The position numbers were made by a program, and so were the translations under genes. This document shows, piece after piece, positions 28,820 through 38,066 of a stretch of DNA of 64,000 nucleotides; position 1 is the first letter of the stretch, and each line of letters starts with the position of its first letter. Where the stretch lies: NCBI GenBank assembly GCA_046292385.1, contig JBKBRF010000003.1, forward strand, positions 262,225-326,224, in the 5' to 3' direction. Below the pieces are notes generated by a model. It was not told where the DNA came from, did no database searches, and was given only the letters and a program-made list of their open reading frames with translations. This DNA is from Armatimonadota bacterium (lineage in GTDB: Bacteria; Armatimonadota; SYMT01).

Positions 28820-30946
28820 ATGAGTGTCACCGTTCCGCCGAAGAAGTCGGCCCGCCTGCAGTCCGGGGCGGGGCTGCGCTACGTGGCGCTGGCCGGAAAC
28901 CCGAACTGCGGTAAGACCACCCTCTTCAATGCCCTCACCGGCCTGCGCCACCGCGTGGGCAACTACGCCGGCGTCACCGTAGAGCGCCGGGAAGGCCGCG
29001 TCACCGGCTCCGAGATCACGATCCTCGACCTGCCCGGCACCTACAGCCTGGTGGCGCGCTCCCCGGACGAAGAGATCGCGCGCGACGTGCTGCTCGGCCG
29101 CTACCCGCCCTCCCCGGAGCTGGTGGTGGTGGTGGTCGACGCCAGCAAGCTGGAGCACAGCCTCTACCTCGCCACCCAGGTGATGGACCTCGGCCTGCCG
29201 GTGGTGCTCTGCCTCAACATGGTCGACGTGGCGGAGCAGGTCGGGCTGCAGATCGACGTCGCCACGCTGGAGCGCGAGCTCGGCGTGCCGGTAATCGCGA
29301 CCGTTGCCGCGAAGAAGCGGGGGCTGGAGAAGCTGACCGCCCGTCTCCACGCCGCCCCGCCGCCGCTGCCGGTGCGCCGCTGGCGCCTGCCGGACGCGAT
29401 GAAGGCGGAGGTGGTGGAGCTGGCTCACGTGCTGGTGGATGAGAAGCTCTGCTCGCCCGAAGGTGCCTTTTTCCTGGCGCTCTCGCTCCTCTCAGAGCCG
29501 GGAGACCCGGTCGGTGCGGCGGAGACGGCGGTGGAGAACCCGCGCGTTCGCCTCCTGCTCGACGGCGCGAAGGCGCGCCTGGAGACGGCGGGCGTCGACG
29601 CGCAGTCCGCCCCGGTGGAAGCGCGCTACGAGTGGATCCAGGAAGTCTGCGCCCGCGCCACCTCGCAGGGCGAGATCCCGGTCACCTGGAGCGACCGGGT
29701 CGACCGCGTCGTGACCCACCGCTTCTGGGGCTTCGTCGTCTTCTTCGCCCTGATGGCGTTCATGTTCCAGGTGATCTTCACCTGGTCCGAGCTCCCGATG
29801 GGCTGGATCGAGAGCGCGCAGAATGCCGTGGCCAACGCGGCGCGGAGCTCGATCCCCGAGGGCGACCTCCAGAGCCTGGTGGTCGACGGCATTATCGGAG
29901 GCGTGGGCGGCGTGCTCGTCTTCCTGCCGCAGATCCTCTTCCTCTTCTTCTTCCTCGGCTTGCTGGAAGACAGCGGCTACATGGCGCGGGCCGCGTTCGT
30001 GATGGACCGCGTCATGAGCAAGGTGGGGCTGCACGGCAAGAGCTTCATTCCGCTGCTCAGCTCCTTCGCGTGCGCCATTCCGGGCATCCTGGCGACGCGG
30101 ACGATCGAGAACAAGCGGGACCGGCTGGTCACCATCCTGGTGGCGCCGCTGATGAGCTGCAGCGCCCGGCTGCCGGTCTACACGCTGCTCATCGCCGGCT
30201 TCATCCCCAACGTCCTGCTCTGGAGATTCGTTTCGCTGCCGGCGCTGGTGATGGTCTCGCTCTACATCCTGGGCGTCGTCGCGGCACTGGGGATGGCGGC
30301 GCTCTTCAAGAAGACGCTCTTCAAAGGCGAGGCGCCGCTCTTCCTGATCGAGCTGCCGCCCTACCGGCTGCCCTCCGCGCGGACCGTGGTGCTGCAGACC
30401 TGGGAGCGCGCCTCGCAGTTCCTCAAGCGCGCCGGCACCGTAATCCTCGCCATCAGCATCCTGCTCTGGGCGGCGATGAATTTCCCCGGCAGCCGGGAGC
30501 AGTCGCCTTCGGAGCGGCTGAAGCACAGCATCGCCGGCCGCGTCGGCCACGTGCTGGAGCCGGTGATCCAGCCGTTCGGGATGGACTGGAAGGTCGGCAT
30601 CGGCATCCTCGGCTCGTTCGCGGCGCGAGAGCTGTTCGTCAGCACCATGGCGATCGTCTACAACGTGGAAGAGGAAGACGAAGAGAAGCAGTCGGTGACG
30701 GTGCGCGATCAGATGCGCGCCGAGCGCGACCCGGTCACCAACGCACCGCGCTTCACCGCCCTCTCCGCCGCGGCGCTGCTCGTCTTCTACGTGCTCGCCA
30801 TGCAGTGCGTCGCGACCATGGCGGTGGTGCGCCGGGAGACGGAGAGCTGGAAGTGGCCGCTCTTCCAGTGGGCCTACATGTTCGTGCTCGCCTGGGTCGG
30901 CGCCACCCTGGTCTTCCAGCTCGGGCGCCTCTTCGGGCTCGGGTGA
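28820..30946 (+). CDS. feoB: Ferrous iron transporter
   Basis: GNPNCGKTT, NYAGVTVE, DLPGTYSL, NMVD, LEDSGYMAR, FACAIP, MSCSARLPVY. Confidence 0.97.
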   Translation: MSVTVPPKKSARLQSGAGLRYVALAGNPNCGKTTLFNALTGLRHRVGNYAGVTVERREGRVTGSEITILDLPGTYSLVARSPDEEIARDVLLGRYPPSPELVVVVVDASKLEHSLYLATQVMDLGLPVVLCLNMVDVAEQVGLQIDVATLERELGVPVIATVAAKKRGLEKLTARLHAAPPPLPVRRWRLPDAMKAEVVELAHVLVDEKLCSPEGAFFLALSLLSEPGDPVGAAETAVENPRVRLLLDGAKARLETAGVDAQSAPVEARYEWIQEVCARATSQGEIPVTWSDRVDRVVTHRFWGFVVFFALMAFMFQVIFTWSELPMGWIESAQNAVANAARSSIPEGDLQSLVVDGIIGGVGGVLVFLPQILFLFFFLGLLEDSGYMARAAFVMDRVMSKVGLHGKSFIPLLSSFACAIPGILATRTIENKRDRLVTILVAPLMSCSARLPVYTLLIAGFIPNVLLWRFVSLPALVMVSLYILGVVAALGMAALFKKTLFKGEAPLFLIELPPYRLPSARTVVLQTWERASQFLKRAGTVILAISILLWAAMNFPGSREQSPSERLKHSIAGRVGHVLEPVIQPFGMDWKVGIGILGSFAARELFVSTMAIVYNVEEEDEEKQSVTVRDQMRAERDPVTNAPRFTALSAAALLVFYVLAMQCVATMAVVRRETESWKWPLFQWAYMFVLAWVGATLVFQLGRLFGLG

Positions 30947-30971
30947 CGCCCGGCAGCACAGGAGCGGGACC

Positions 30972-31175
30972 ATGCCGTGGGACCAGATCCTCGTTTTCCT
31001 GATTGTCGCCGCGGCGGCGGTCTACCTGGTCTGGCTGCAGCGCCGGAAGAAGTCCGGCTGCGGCGGCTGCTCGCAGGCGTGCGGGACCCCCGCCCGCACC
31101 GGCGAGCCGGCCTCACCGGCTGCCGAAGAGCTGGTGCAGATCGACGCTTCCCCCCGTCCTCGCGTCCGCCCCTAA
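30972..31175 (+). CDS. FeoB-associated Cys-rich membrane protein
   Basis: N-terminal TM then KSGCGGCSQAC, immediately after feoB. Confidence 0.8.
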   Translation: MPWDQILVFLIVAAAAVYLVWLQRRKKSGCGGCSQACGTPARTGEPASPAAEELVQIDASPRPRVRP

Positions 31176-31194
31176 CCACCGGCTTCCCATAGTC

Positions 31195-31256
31195 TTTAGC
31201 CGAGGCTAAAAAAATGCGCTCAGGCAGGTGACGGCTCCTATTAGCCGTGGTATAAA
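31195..31256 (+). promoter_or_regulatory. Palindromic DtxR-like operator plus promoter for the pilin-like gene
   Basis: TTTAGC-CGAG-GCTAAA (31195-31210); GTGACG-N17-TATAAA (31228-31256) with extended -10 TG. Confidence 0.55.
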
Positions 31257-31403
31257 GCTTCCGAATGGCGTGAGAGCGCTCTGCGTTCAGGCAGCCACCC
31301 ACTTACGGAATTCGGAAGCTCCCGGCTCGCAGCCCGGGAGACGCGGAGCCAGGCCGGCGTAAGGCATCTCGCTCCGAGCACGGGCCCGAGGAGTAACCCA
31401 GTC

Positions 31404-32141
31404 ATGTTCACCCTGCGCCGGCGCGCGTTCACCCTGATCGAGCTGCTCGTGGTGATCGCGATCATCGCCATCCTCGCCGCGATTCTCTTCCCCGTCTTCG
31501 CCCAGGCCCGGGAGAAGGCCCGCTCCGCGGCGTGCCTGAGCAACCTGCGGCAGATGTCGACCGCCATCGCGATGTACGTCCAGGACTACGAGGCGTATCC
31601 GCTCTACTCGTCGGGCCCGGATCGGTGGCACAGCCTGCTGCAGCCGTACATCAAGAACGGCGGCATCTTCCTGTGCGGCTCCAGCAGCATCTCGCGGTAC
31701 CACGTCCGCAACATGGGCTACGGCTACAACCACCAGTACCTGGCCCGCTCGCTGGATCGCGGGGGCACCGGCTCCGGGGCTTACGAGGCGCAGATCGAGT
31801 ACCCCGCGGACACGATTGCGATCGCCGACTCCCTGGGCACCGCCGGGTGGACCCAGAGCCCGCAGCCCTGGAGCGACCAGGTGAACGAGTGCAACCGGAT
31901 CGGCAACCACGGCTACACCATCGATCCGCCGCTCCTCCCACCCGGCAGCAAGTGGGGCACGAGCTGCGCCGTGTCCAACCCGCTCCCCGGCTATCCGGGT
32001 CCGGGTCACACCCGCATCGACACCCGCCACAACGGCGGCGCGAACGTCGCCTTCTGCGACGGTCACGCCAAGTGGATGCGCCGCGAGCGCCTGGAAACGG
32101 ACAACCGCTACTGGAACGGCCGCCTGCAGCCGAACCCGTAG
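31404..32141 (+). CDS. Prepilin-type N-methylation / DUF1559 / H-X9-DG protein
   Basis: RRAFTLIELLVVIAIIAILAAILFPVFAQAREKAR; C-terminal RHNGGANVAFCDGHAK. Confidence 0.93.
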   Translation: MFTLRRRAFTLIELLVVIAIIAILAAILFPVFAQAREKARSAACLSNLRQMSTAIAMYVQDYEAYPLYSSGPDRWHSLLQPYIKNGGIFLCGSSSISRYHVRNMGYGYNHQYLARSLDRGGTGSGAYEAQIEYPADTIAIADSLGTAGWTQSPQPWSDQVNECNRIGNHGYTIDPPLLPPGSKWGTSCAVSNPLPGYPGPGHTRIDTRHNGGANVAFCDGHAKWMRRERLETDNRYWNGRLQPNP

Positions 32142-32142
32142 G

Positions 32143-32349
32143 GGGTGTAAGAAAAGGGGATGGGGGGATTTTGGGGGAGATGTGGGGATGAATACCCGCT
32201 GTCTCCCCTGATGAAATCCCCTGCGGCCCCGTGGCGCGCGTCAGGCCGGCGAGTTCTGCACTGTATACTCAGTCCGGCAGCGTAGGTTCAACTGGACCGA
32301 AACATCCCCTTATCCCCAGTTCATCCCCACATCTCCTTTCTTACACCCT
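32143..32349. repeat. Palindromic element with GGGTGTAAGAAA termini and GGGGATG arms
   Basis: GGGTGTAAGAAA at the left end and TTTCTTACACCC at the right end; CATCCCC units. Confidence 0.7.
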
Positions 32350-32414
32350 CCCACGCGCAAGGCCGATCTGCCGAGAATAGCAGTGTGGTAGCTCGACGCG
32401 GTGGAGGTGTACTG

Positions 32415-33092
32415 ATGAGGTTCCGGGTTCTCCCCTGGGTGGCGCTGGCGCTCGCGGTTTCGGCGGCGGGTGGGGCACTCGCGCAGATCCTGCCGAAAGA
32501 CGCGGCCGATCCGATCCGGGTCACCCACTCCAAGGGTGAGTTCGCGCAGAAGCTGAACGGCCTTGCGATGCCGACCGGCAAGGGCTGGAAGGCGGCGATG
32601 GACAGCGAGCGGCTGCTCCAGCTGATGATCCCCGAAAAGTGGAAGGTGGAGAACGTCCCTTCCGGCGAGCTGGTGCTGCGCGCCTATCCCCCGGGCCAGG
32701 AGAAGAAGGCGAAGGCGGTGCTGCAGGTTACCTTCACCGTCCCGCGCGACGCCGACCCGTTCTCCGTGGACGAGGATTTCGCGGAGAGTTACGCGGAGGA
32801 TCTGGGCCAGGACCCGATGTTCCAGCGGCTCCAGTACCGCGTCACCGACAGCGGCTTTGTGCTGGCCCGCGGGATGAAGTTCGCGCTGGCCGGCGGCATC
32901 CTGAACAGCCGGGGCAGCCGCGTCCAGCAGGAGCAGCTCCTTTACATCGCCGAGGACCGGATCGTCTCGATCCACTTCACCGCGGAGGAGAAGGAGTTCC
33001 CCAAGTACGCGGACGACGTGGCGAAGATCTTCGCCAGCTATCACACGCTGGGCGTCCGCAAGCTGACCGAAGAGCCGCCCGCGCTTCCGTAG
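32415..33092 (+). CDS. Secreted hypothetical protein (possibly PsbP/Mog1-like fold)
   Basis: GGAGG RBS, signal peptide, 'IPEKWKV' and 'KIFASY'; fold is a guess. Confidence 0.6.
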   Translation: MRFRVLPWVALALAVSAAGGALAQILPKDAADPIRVTHSKGEFAQKLNGLAMPTGKGWKAAMDSERLLQLMIPEKWKVENVPSGELVLRAYPPGQEKKAKAVLQVTFTVPRDADPFSVDEDFAESYAEDLGQDPMFQRLQYRVTDSGFVLARGMKFALAGGILNSRGSRVQQEQLLYIAEDRIVSIHFTAEEKEFPKYADDVAKIFASYHTLGVRKLTEEPPALP

Positions 33093-33096
33093 CCCG

Positions 33097-33903
33097 ATGC
33101 GGACCCCTCTCCGTCTCCCCACGCGGCTGGGCGCCGCGCTGCTCGGCTCGCTCCTTGCGGCTGCCGCCGTCGCCGCGGCGCCCACGCCGCTGCCGCGGGC
33201 GCACGCGCACAACGACTACCTCCACGCCCGCCCGCTGCTCGACGCGCTGGAGCACGGCTTCTGCAGCGTGGAGGCGGATATCCACCTGGTCGACGGCGAG
33301 CTGCTCGTGGCGCACGACCGCGACCAGGTCCGTCCCGAGCGCACCCTCCGGGCGCTCTACCTGGAGCCGCTCCGCCGCCGGGTGCGGGAGAACGGCGGCC
33401 GCGTCTACCGGGGCGGCCCCGGCTTCACGCTGCTGATCGACCTGAAAGGGGAGGCGGAGCCGACCTACGCCGTGCTGCGCCCGCTGCTGCGGGACTACGC
33501 GGAGATGCTCACCCGGTTCCGTCCGGACGAGACCCGCGAAGGCGCCGTCACCGTCATCCTCTCCGGCAACCGCCCCCGCGCCGCGCTCGAGGCGGAGCCG
33601 GAGCGCTGGGCCGCGCTCGACGGGCGGCTCCCCGACCTCGGCACCGGCGTCTCGCGGCACCTGGTGCCGCTGGTGAGCGACAACTGGCGCGCGCACTTCA
33701 CCTGGCACGGCGAGGGCCCGCCCCCCGCCGCGGAGCGAGCCCGCCTGCGAGAGCGGGTCGAGCGCGCCCATCGCGAGGGCCGGCGGATCCGCTTCTGGGC
33801 CACGCCGGATCTCCCCGCCGCCTGGAAAGAGCTGGACGAGGCCGGCGTCGACCTCGTCAACACGGACGACCTCCCCGGCCTCTCCGCGTTCCGCCGCCGC
33901 TAG
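33097..33903 (+). CDS. PLC-like phosphodiesterase (AIM6-like), secreted
   Basis: AHAHNDY, SVEADI, LLVAHD, LLIDLK, RFWATPD, GVDLVNTD. Confidence 0.85.
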   Translation: MRTPLRLPTRLGAALLGSLLAAAAVAAAPTPLPRAHAHNDYLHARPLLDALEHGFCSVEADIHLVDGELLVAHDRDQVRPERTLRALYLEPLRRRVRENGGRVYRGGPGFTLLIDLKGEAEPTYAVLRPLLRDYAEMLTRFRPDETREGAVTVILSGNRPRAALEAEPERWAALDGRLPDLGTGVSRHLVPLVSDNWRAHFTWHGEGPPPAAERARLRERVERAHREGRRIRFWATPDLPAAWKELDEAGVDLVNTDDLPGLSAFRRR

Positions 33904-34062
33904 CTCCGTTCAGTTCGGAAGGCGACTCCGGCTGGCGGGCGCACCTGATTCCAGGCTTACAGGTTGCAGGTTAGCGCCCCGTAGCGCGGGGTTCGGAACC
34001 TGCAAACCTGTAACCTGCAGATCTGCCAACAACCGTCCGAGGCACGAAGCACCCGGCGCGCG

Positions 34063-34218
34063 TCAGATTCGCGCCCGGTTCGTGAACATGCTGACCACGA
34101 ACAGCACCGCCGCGATCACCAGGGCGATGTGAATCAGCCCGCCTACCAGGTCGAGCGCCAGCCCGACGATCCAGAACACCACCAGCGCAGCGATAATCCA
34201 CCAGAGAATCGCGCCCAT
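34063..34218 (-). CDS. lmo0937-like small membrane protein
   Basis: 51 aa LWWIIAALVVFWIVG...GGLIHIALVIA; AGGAGG RBS; GATT-N16-GGGTAA upstream (34242-34267). Confidence 0.85.
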   Translation of the reverse strand: MGAILWWIIAALVVFWIVGLALDLVGGLIHIALVIAAVLFVVSMFTNRARI

Positions 34219-34298
34219 CTCCGTCACCTCCTGCGGGGGTCTTACCCGGCTGCTCGTTCCGGCAATCGGGGCGGGCTCCAGGTTCCTGTCACACCACC

Positions 34299-34323
34299 GC
34301 AACCTTTCCGCTCGCGCTTCGTT
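34299..34323 (+). promoter_or_regulatory. ECF-sigma-type promoter for the four-paralog array
   Basis: GCAAC-N16-CGTT, 40 nt before the first ATG. Confidence 0.45.
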
Positions 34324-34362
34324 CAGAACGGGAAGAGAGGTGCCACACAAGAGGAGCTGACG

Positions 34363-35484
34363 ATGCCTCGCCCCTACCGTTTCCTGCTGGCCGCCTGGGG
34401 GGCGGCCCTGCTGCTGGCGGCCGGCGCCGCGCGAGCCGCCGGCCAGGCCCCGGACGCGCCGAACGGCTATCCGGAGCTGCTGAGCGCCGCGAAGCTCCTG
34501 GAGGAGAGCCGCTGGTTCCGGGAGGCGCTGCAGCCGGGCGCCACGCTCTCGCAGAAGCGGCGCGCCGTGGCGGACCGGGAGGTGAGGGAAGCGCTGGCGC
34601 TCCTCCGTCGGGGGCTCGACCGCCCCGTCTTCCCGCCGGAGCCGCGGACGGAGGAGGCGGCCCTGGGCGAGCTTTCGAGCCTGCGGTCGCTGGGGCGGCT
34701 CGTCATGCTCCAGCAGTATGTGCTGCTGGCAGACGGCCGGGTGCAGGACGCGCTCCACACCGCCCGGCTCGGCCTGCGGCTGGGCCACGCCGTGAAGGCG
34801 CAGAGCCTCACCGGAGGCCTCGTCGGAATCGGGATCAGCTCCGGCGGCATCCGGGAGATGGGCAAGCACCTGGCACAGCTCTCTGTGAGCGACTGCCGCC
34901 TGCTCAGCCAGATCTGCGCCGAGTGGCTGGCAAAGCCGGATCCGCTCCCCGGGATGCTGGAGGCGGAGTGGCAGAAGGTGCGGCGGAACCTGGCGGAGCA
35001 GCAGAAGATGGCCGCCGCGGCGGCTCCGGACACCGCGGCGCAGGCCCAGGCGCTCTTCGCCGGCATCGAGAAGGAAGCGGAGGGGGTCTTCCAGCGGCTG
35101 CACGCGGAGCTGCGCAAGCCGGCCTGGGAGCGGAAGCCGCTGGAGCTCCCGCAGGGCGACTCTCCCGGCGCCGCGGTGGCGGCGCTCCTCGTGCCGGTGG
35201 TCGAGAACGCGATGGAAGGGTTCGCGCGGGAGGAGGCGTATGTCCGGCTCCTGGCGGTCCACGCGGCGATCCTGAGCTACCGCTGGGAGCAGAACAAGCT
35301 GCCGGCCGCGCTGGCGGAGCTGAACCTCGGCGCGCTCGCCCTCGACCCGTTCAGCGGCCAGCCGTTCCAGTACAAGACGCTGAACCCGCGCCGCTACGAG
35401 CTGCTGAGCGCCGGCCCGAAGGCGAAGGCCGACGACCCGAACGCCGTGAACGGCCGCGTACCGCTCTCGGTGGTACCGGAGTGA
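34363..35484 (+). CDS. Secreted helical protein with GspG-like C-terminal motif, paralog 1 of 4
   Basis: Signal peptide; NGYPELL; YRWEQNKLPAALAEL...DPFSGQPFQY....YELLSAGP. Confidence 0.8.
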   Translation: MPRPYRFLLAAWGAALLLAAGAARAAGQAPDAPNGYPELLSAAKLLEESRWFREALQPGATLSQKRRAVADREVREALALLRRGLDRPVFPPEPRTEEAALGELSSLRSLGRLVMLQQYVLLADGRVQDALHTARLGLRLGHAVKAQSLTGGLVGIGISSGGIREMGKHLAQLSVSDCRLLSQICAEWLAKPDPLPGMLEAEWQKVRRNLAEQQKMAAAAAPDTAAQAQALFAGIEKEAEGVFQRLHAELRKPAWERKPLELPQGDSPGAAVAALLVPVVENAMEGFAREEAYVRLLAVHAAILSYRWEQNKLPAALAELNLGALALDPFSGQPFQYKTLNPRRYELLSAGPKAKADDPNAVNGRVPLSVVPE

Positions 35485-35493
35485 GGTGTCGCC

Positions 35494-36756
35494 ATGCGCT
35501 TCTTCCTGGCCTTCCTGATCCTCTCGCTCGGCGCGGCGGAAGCTAGCTTCGCCCAGGGCGACTCCGCCCGCCCGTCGACGGTCTTCGAACAGGTAATCGG
35601 CCGGCCGACCGGCCAGAACGGCTACGAGGAGCTGGTGCTGGCGGGCGAGCGGGTTCGGTCGAGCCGCGCCTGGCGCGACGCGGAGCTGGCCGGCGCGGGC
35701 GCCACCCTCACGCAGAAGCGGCGCGTCCTGGCCGACCGCCCGGTCCGGGAGGCGCTGGCGCTGCTGCAGGCGGGCCTGGCGAAGCCGATCCGGTCTCCGC
35801 GTGGGGAGCTGAACCTCGCCACTGTCCTTCCGGAGTACTCCCTCTTCCGCAGCCTGGCCCGGATGCTCGTGCTCCGCACGCAGGTGCTGGTGGCGGACGG
35901 TCAAGCGGACGAGGCGGTGCGGAACGTGGAGCTCGGGCTGCGGCTCTCCCGCGCGGTGCAGCAGGAGACGGTGATCTCCGGCCTGGTCGGCATCGCCGTG
36001 GCGGCGCTGAGCGTCCAGGGGATCGCGCCCTACGTGGAGGCCCTTCCCGCCCGGGAGTGCGAGGCGCTCTTCCAGGCCTGCACCGCCTGGCTGAACGACC
36101 CGTCGCCGCTCCTGCGCATCCTGGAGGCGGAGCGCCGGATGCTGAAGACCTCCATGGCGATGCTGCGCGCCGAGACCGACGCGAACGGCCCCGGCGCCCT
36201 GCAGGGCTGGATCACCACGGTCTTTAATCCCAGCGTCGAAGACACCGACGACTCCCAGAAGCTCCGCCGGCTCGCCGCGGACCTGCAGTCGACTTACGGC
36301 GGCTCGCCGCAGCAGCTTGCCGAGTTCTACCGCCGGATGGAGGGCCAGATCGACCGCTACTTCGACGCCCTGGTCGTCGAGGCAAAGCGCTCCCGCTGGG
36401 ACGCCGCCCCGCCCCGGCTGCCGGAGGAGACCCCGCTCGATCGGTGGCTGGCGCGGATGGCCCCGGCCATGGACCGGCTCTTCGAGCGGTACAGCACGGA
36501 AGACGCCTACGTGCGGCTGCTGGCGGTCCACTGCGCCCTCCACCGCTTCCAGTGGGAGCAGGATCGTCTCCCGGACACTCTGGCGGAGCTGGGACTGCCG
36601 CAGCTCTGCGTTGACCCGCACACGGGTGAGACGCTGGGGTACGAGCGGCTCGGCAGCCGGAGCTATCGCCTCACGAGCGCCGGCAGCCGCGCGGAGCCGG
36701 ACGACCCGAAAGCGGTCAACGGCCGCCGCCCCATCCTGCTCGGGCCGGGAGGGTAG
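35494..36756 (+). CDS. Secreted helical protein with GspG-like C-terminal motif, paralog 2 of 4
   Basis: Signal peptide; PTGQNGYEEL; FQWEQDRLPDTLAEL...DPHTGETLGY...YRLTSAG. Confidence 0.8.
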   Translation: MRFFLAFLILSLGAAEASFAQGDSARPSTVFEQVIGRPTGQNGYEELVLAGERVRSSRAWRDAELAGAGATLTQKRRVLADRPVREALALLQAGLAKPIRSPRGELNLATVLPEYSLFRSLARMLVLRTQVLVADGQADEAVRNVELGLRLSRAVQQETVISGLVGIAVAALSVQGIAPYVEALPARECEALFQACTAWLNDPSPLLRILEAERRMLKTSMAMLRAETDANGPGALQGWITTVFNPSVEDTDDSQKLRRLAADLQSTYGGSPQQLAEFYRRMEGQIDRYFDALVVEAKRSRWDAAPPRLPEETPLDRWLARMAPAMDRLFERYSTEDAYVRLLAVHCALHRFQWEQDRLPDTLAELGLPQLCVDPHTGETLGYERLGSRSYRLTSAGSRAEPDDPKAVNGRRPILLGPGG

Positions 36757-36758
36757 TC

Positions 36759-38066
36759 ATGGTCAGCCGGGCGAGGTCAATGGTCGTCACGCTCGCGGCC
36801 GCCCTGCTCTGTGGGGCAGCACCTACCTCGGCGGCGCCTAAGCGGCCGGAGCCTGTAAGCCTGCTGCACGCCCTCATTCCCCAACCGACCGGCCAGAACG
36901 GCTACGAGGAGCTGCTCCTGGCCGCAGATCTCCTGCGAGAGGCACGGCTTCTCGAAGAGATCGAAAAGACGAGCTGGCCGCGGCTCTCACTCTATCGCCC
37001 GGGACTGGAGGAGCGTCCGGCACGAGAGGCGTGGCACCTCCTCCGCCGGGGGCTGCGCAAACGGATCATCCCGCCGCCGCCGGACCGGCAGGAGATCCAT
37101 TTCACAGCGCACCACCGGGGGCTCATGCGGCTGTCCGAGCTCCTCGTCGCGCGCGTGCGCTTCCTGATGTCGGAAGGCAGGACCTCCGAGGCGGTGGAGA
37201 CGGTCGTGCTCGGATTCCAGCTGGGCCAGGCCGTCGAAGAGGGCAGCGCCCTCGGGGCAGTGAATGGCCGCAGCCTCCGGAGCGCCGTCACGGACGGAGT
37301 GGCGCCGTACGTAGAGCAGCTCAGCGCCTCGGACTGCGAGACGCTGCTCCGGCGGGTAGGCAGGTTCATTCCGGTCTCCAGTCCGCTCGAACAGGTCGTC
37401 CATGAGGACTACCGCCAGGCAGCGCAGCGGGTGGTCCAGCTTCGCCGCGACGTGCGCCTCCGCGGGGAGGCGGCCCTCGACGCGCTGGCGCGAGAGGTTC
37501 TCCACTTCAACGTCGAGTTCACCAGCGTCGAGCAGAGCCGGGGCTCGCCCTGCGAAGAGGCGGTCGGAGATCTCTTCCTGCTGGAATTCCCCCGGCAGTA
37601 CGGCGCCTCGCTGCCGGAGCTGCTGCGGTTCGTCAACGACCTGGACGCCGCCGTCGCGCAGCGCGCTCAACGACTGCTGGCGCACGCGCGGGAGCCGGGT
37701 CGGGAGCTGGTGCCAATCTGCGATCCGCCCGAGCCGGAGCCGGCCCGGATCATGGCGAGGGAGATGCTGTCGCGGAGCGGCGGCCAGGTCTCCGAAGCGC
37801 CGGAGGAGGAGGTTCCGCCGCGTCTGCTGCTCGTGCACCTGGCGATTCTTCGCTACCGCTGGGAGCACGACCGCCTGCCCAGCTCTCTCGCGGAGCTGAA
37901 CCTCGGCGAGCTGGCGATCGACCCGTTCAGCGGACTGCCCCTGGAGTACGAGCCGCTCGGCACGCGCACCTACCGGCTCCGCAGCATCGGACCCCTTCGC
38001 AACTCCCTCCAGCCGGACCGCTACGAGAGGTGCCCGATCTCCCTTGGAGGCGCAGGGGAAGGATGA
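36759..38066 (+). CDS. Secreted helical protein with GspG-like C-terminal motif, paralog 3 of 4
   Basis: Signal peptide; PTGQNGYEEL; YRWEHDRLPSSLAEL...DPFSGLPLEY...YRLRSIGP. Confidence 0.8.
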   Translation: MVSRARSMVVTLAAALLCGAAPTSAAPKRPEPVSLLHALIPQPTGQNGYEELLLAADLLREARLLEEIEKTSWPRLSLYRPGLEERPAREAWHLLRRGLRKRIIPPPPDRQEIHFTAHHRGLMRLSELLVARVRFLMSEGRTSEAVETVVLGFQLGQAVEEGSALGAVNGRSLRSAVTDGVAPYVEQLSASDCETLLRRVGRFIPVSSPLEQVVHEDYRQAAQRVVQLRRDVRLRGEAALDALAREVLHFNVEFTSVEQSRGSPCEEAVGDLFLLEFPRQYGASLPELLRFVNDLDAAVAQRAQRLLAHAREPGRELVPICDPPEPEPARIMAREMLSRSGGQVSEAPEEEVPPRLLLVHLAILRYRWEHDRLPSSLAELNLGELAIDPFSGLPLEYEPLGTRTYRLRSIGPLRNSLQPDRYERCPISLGGAGEG

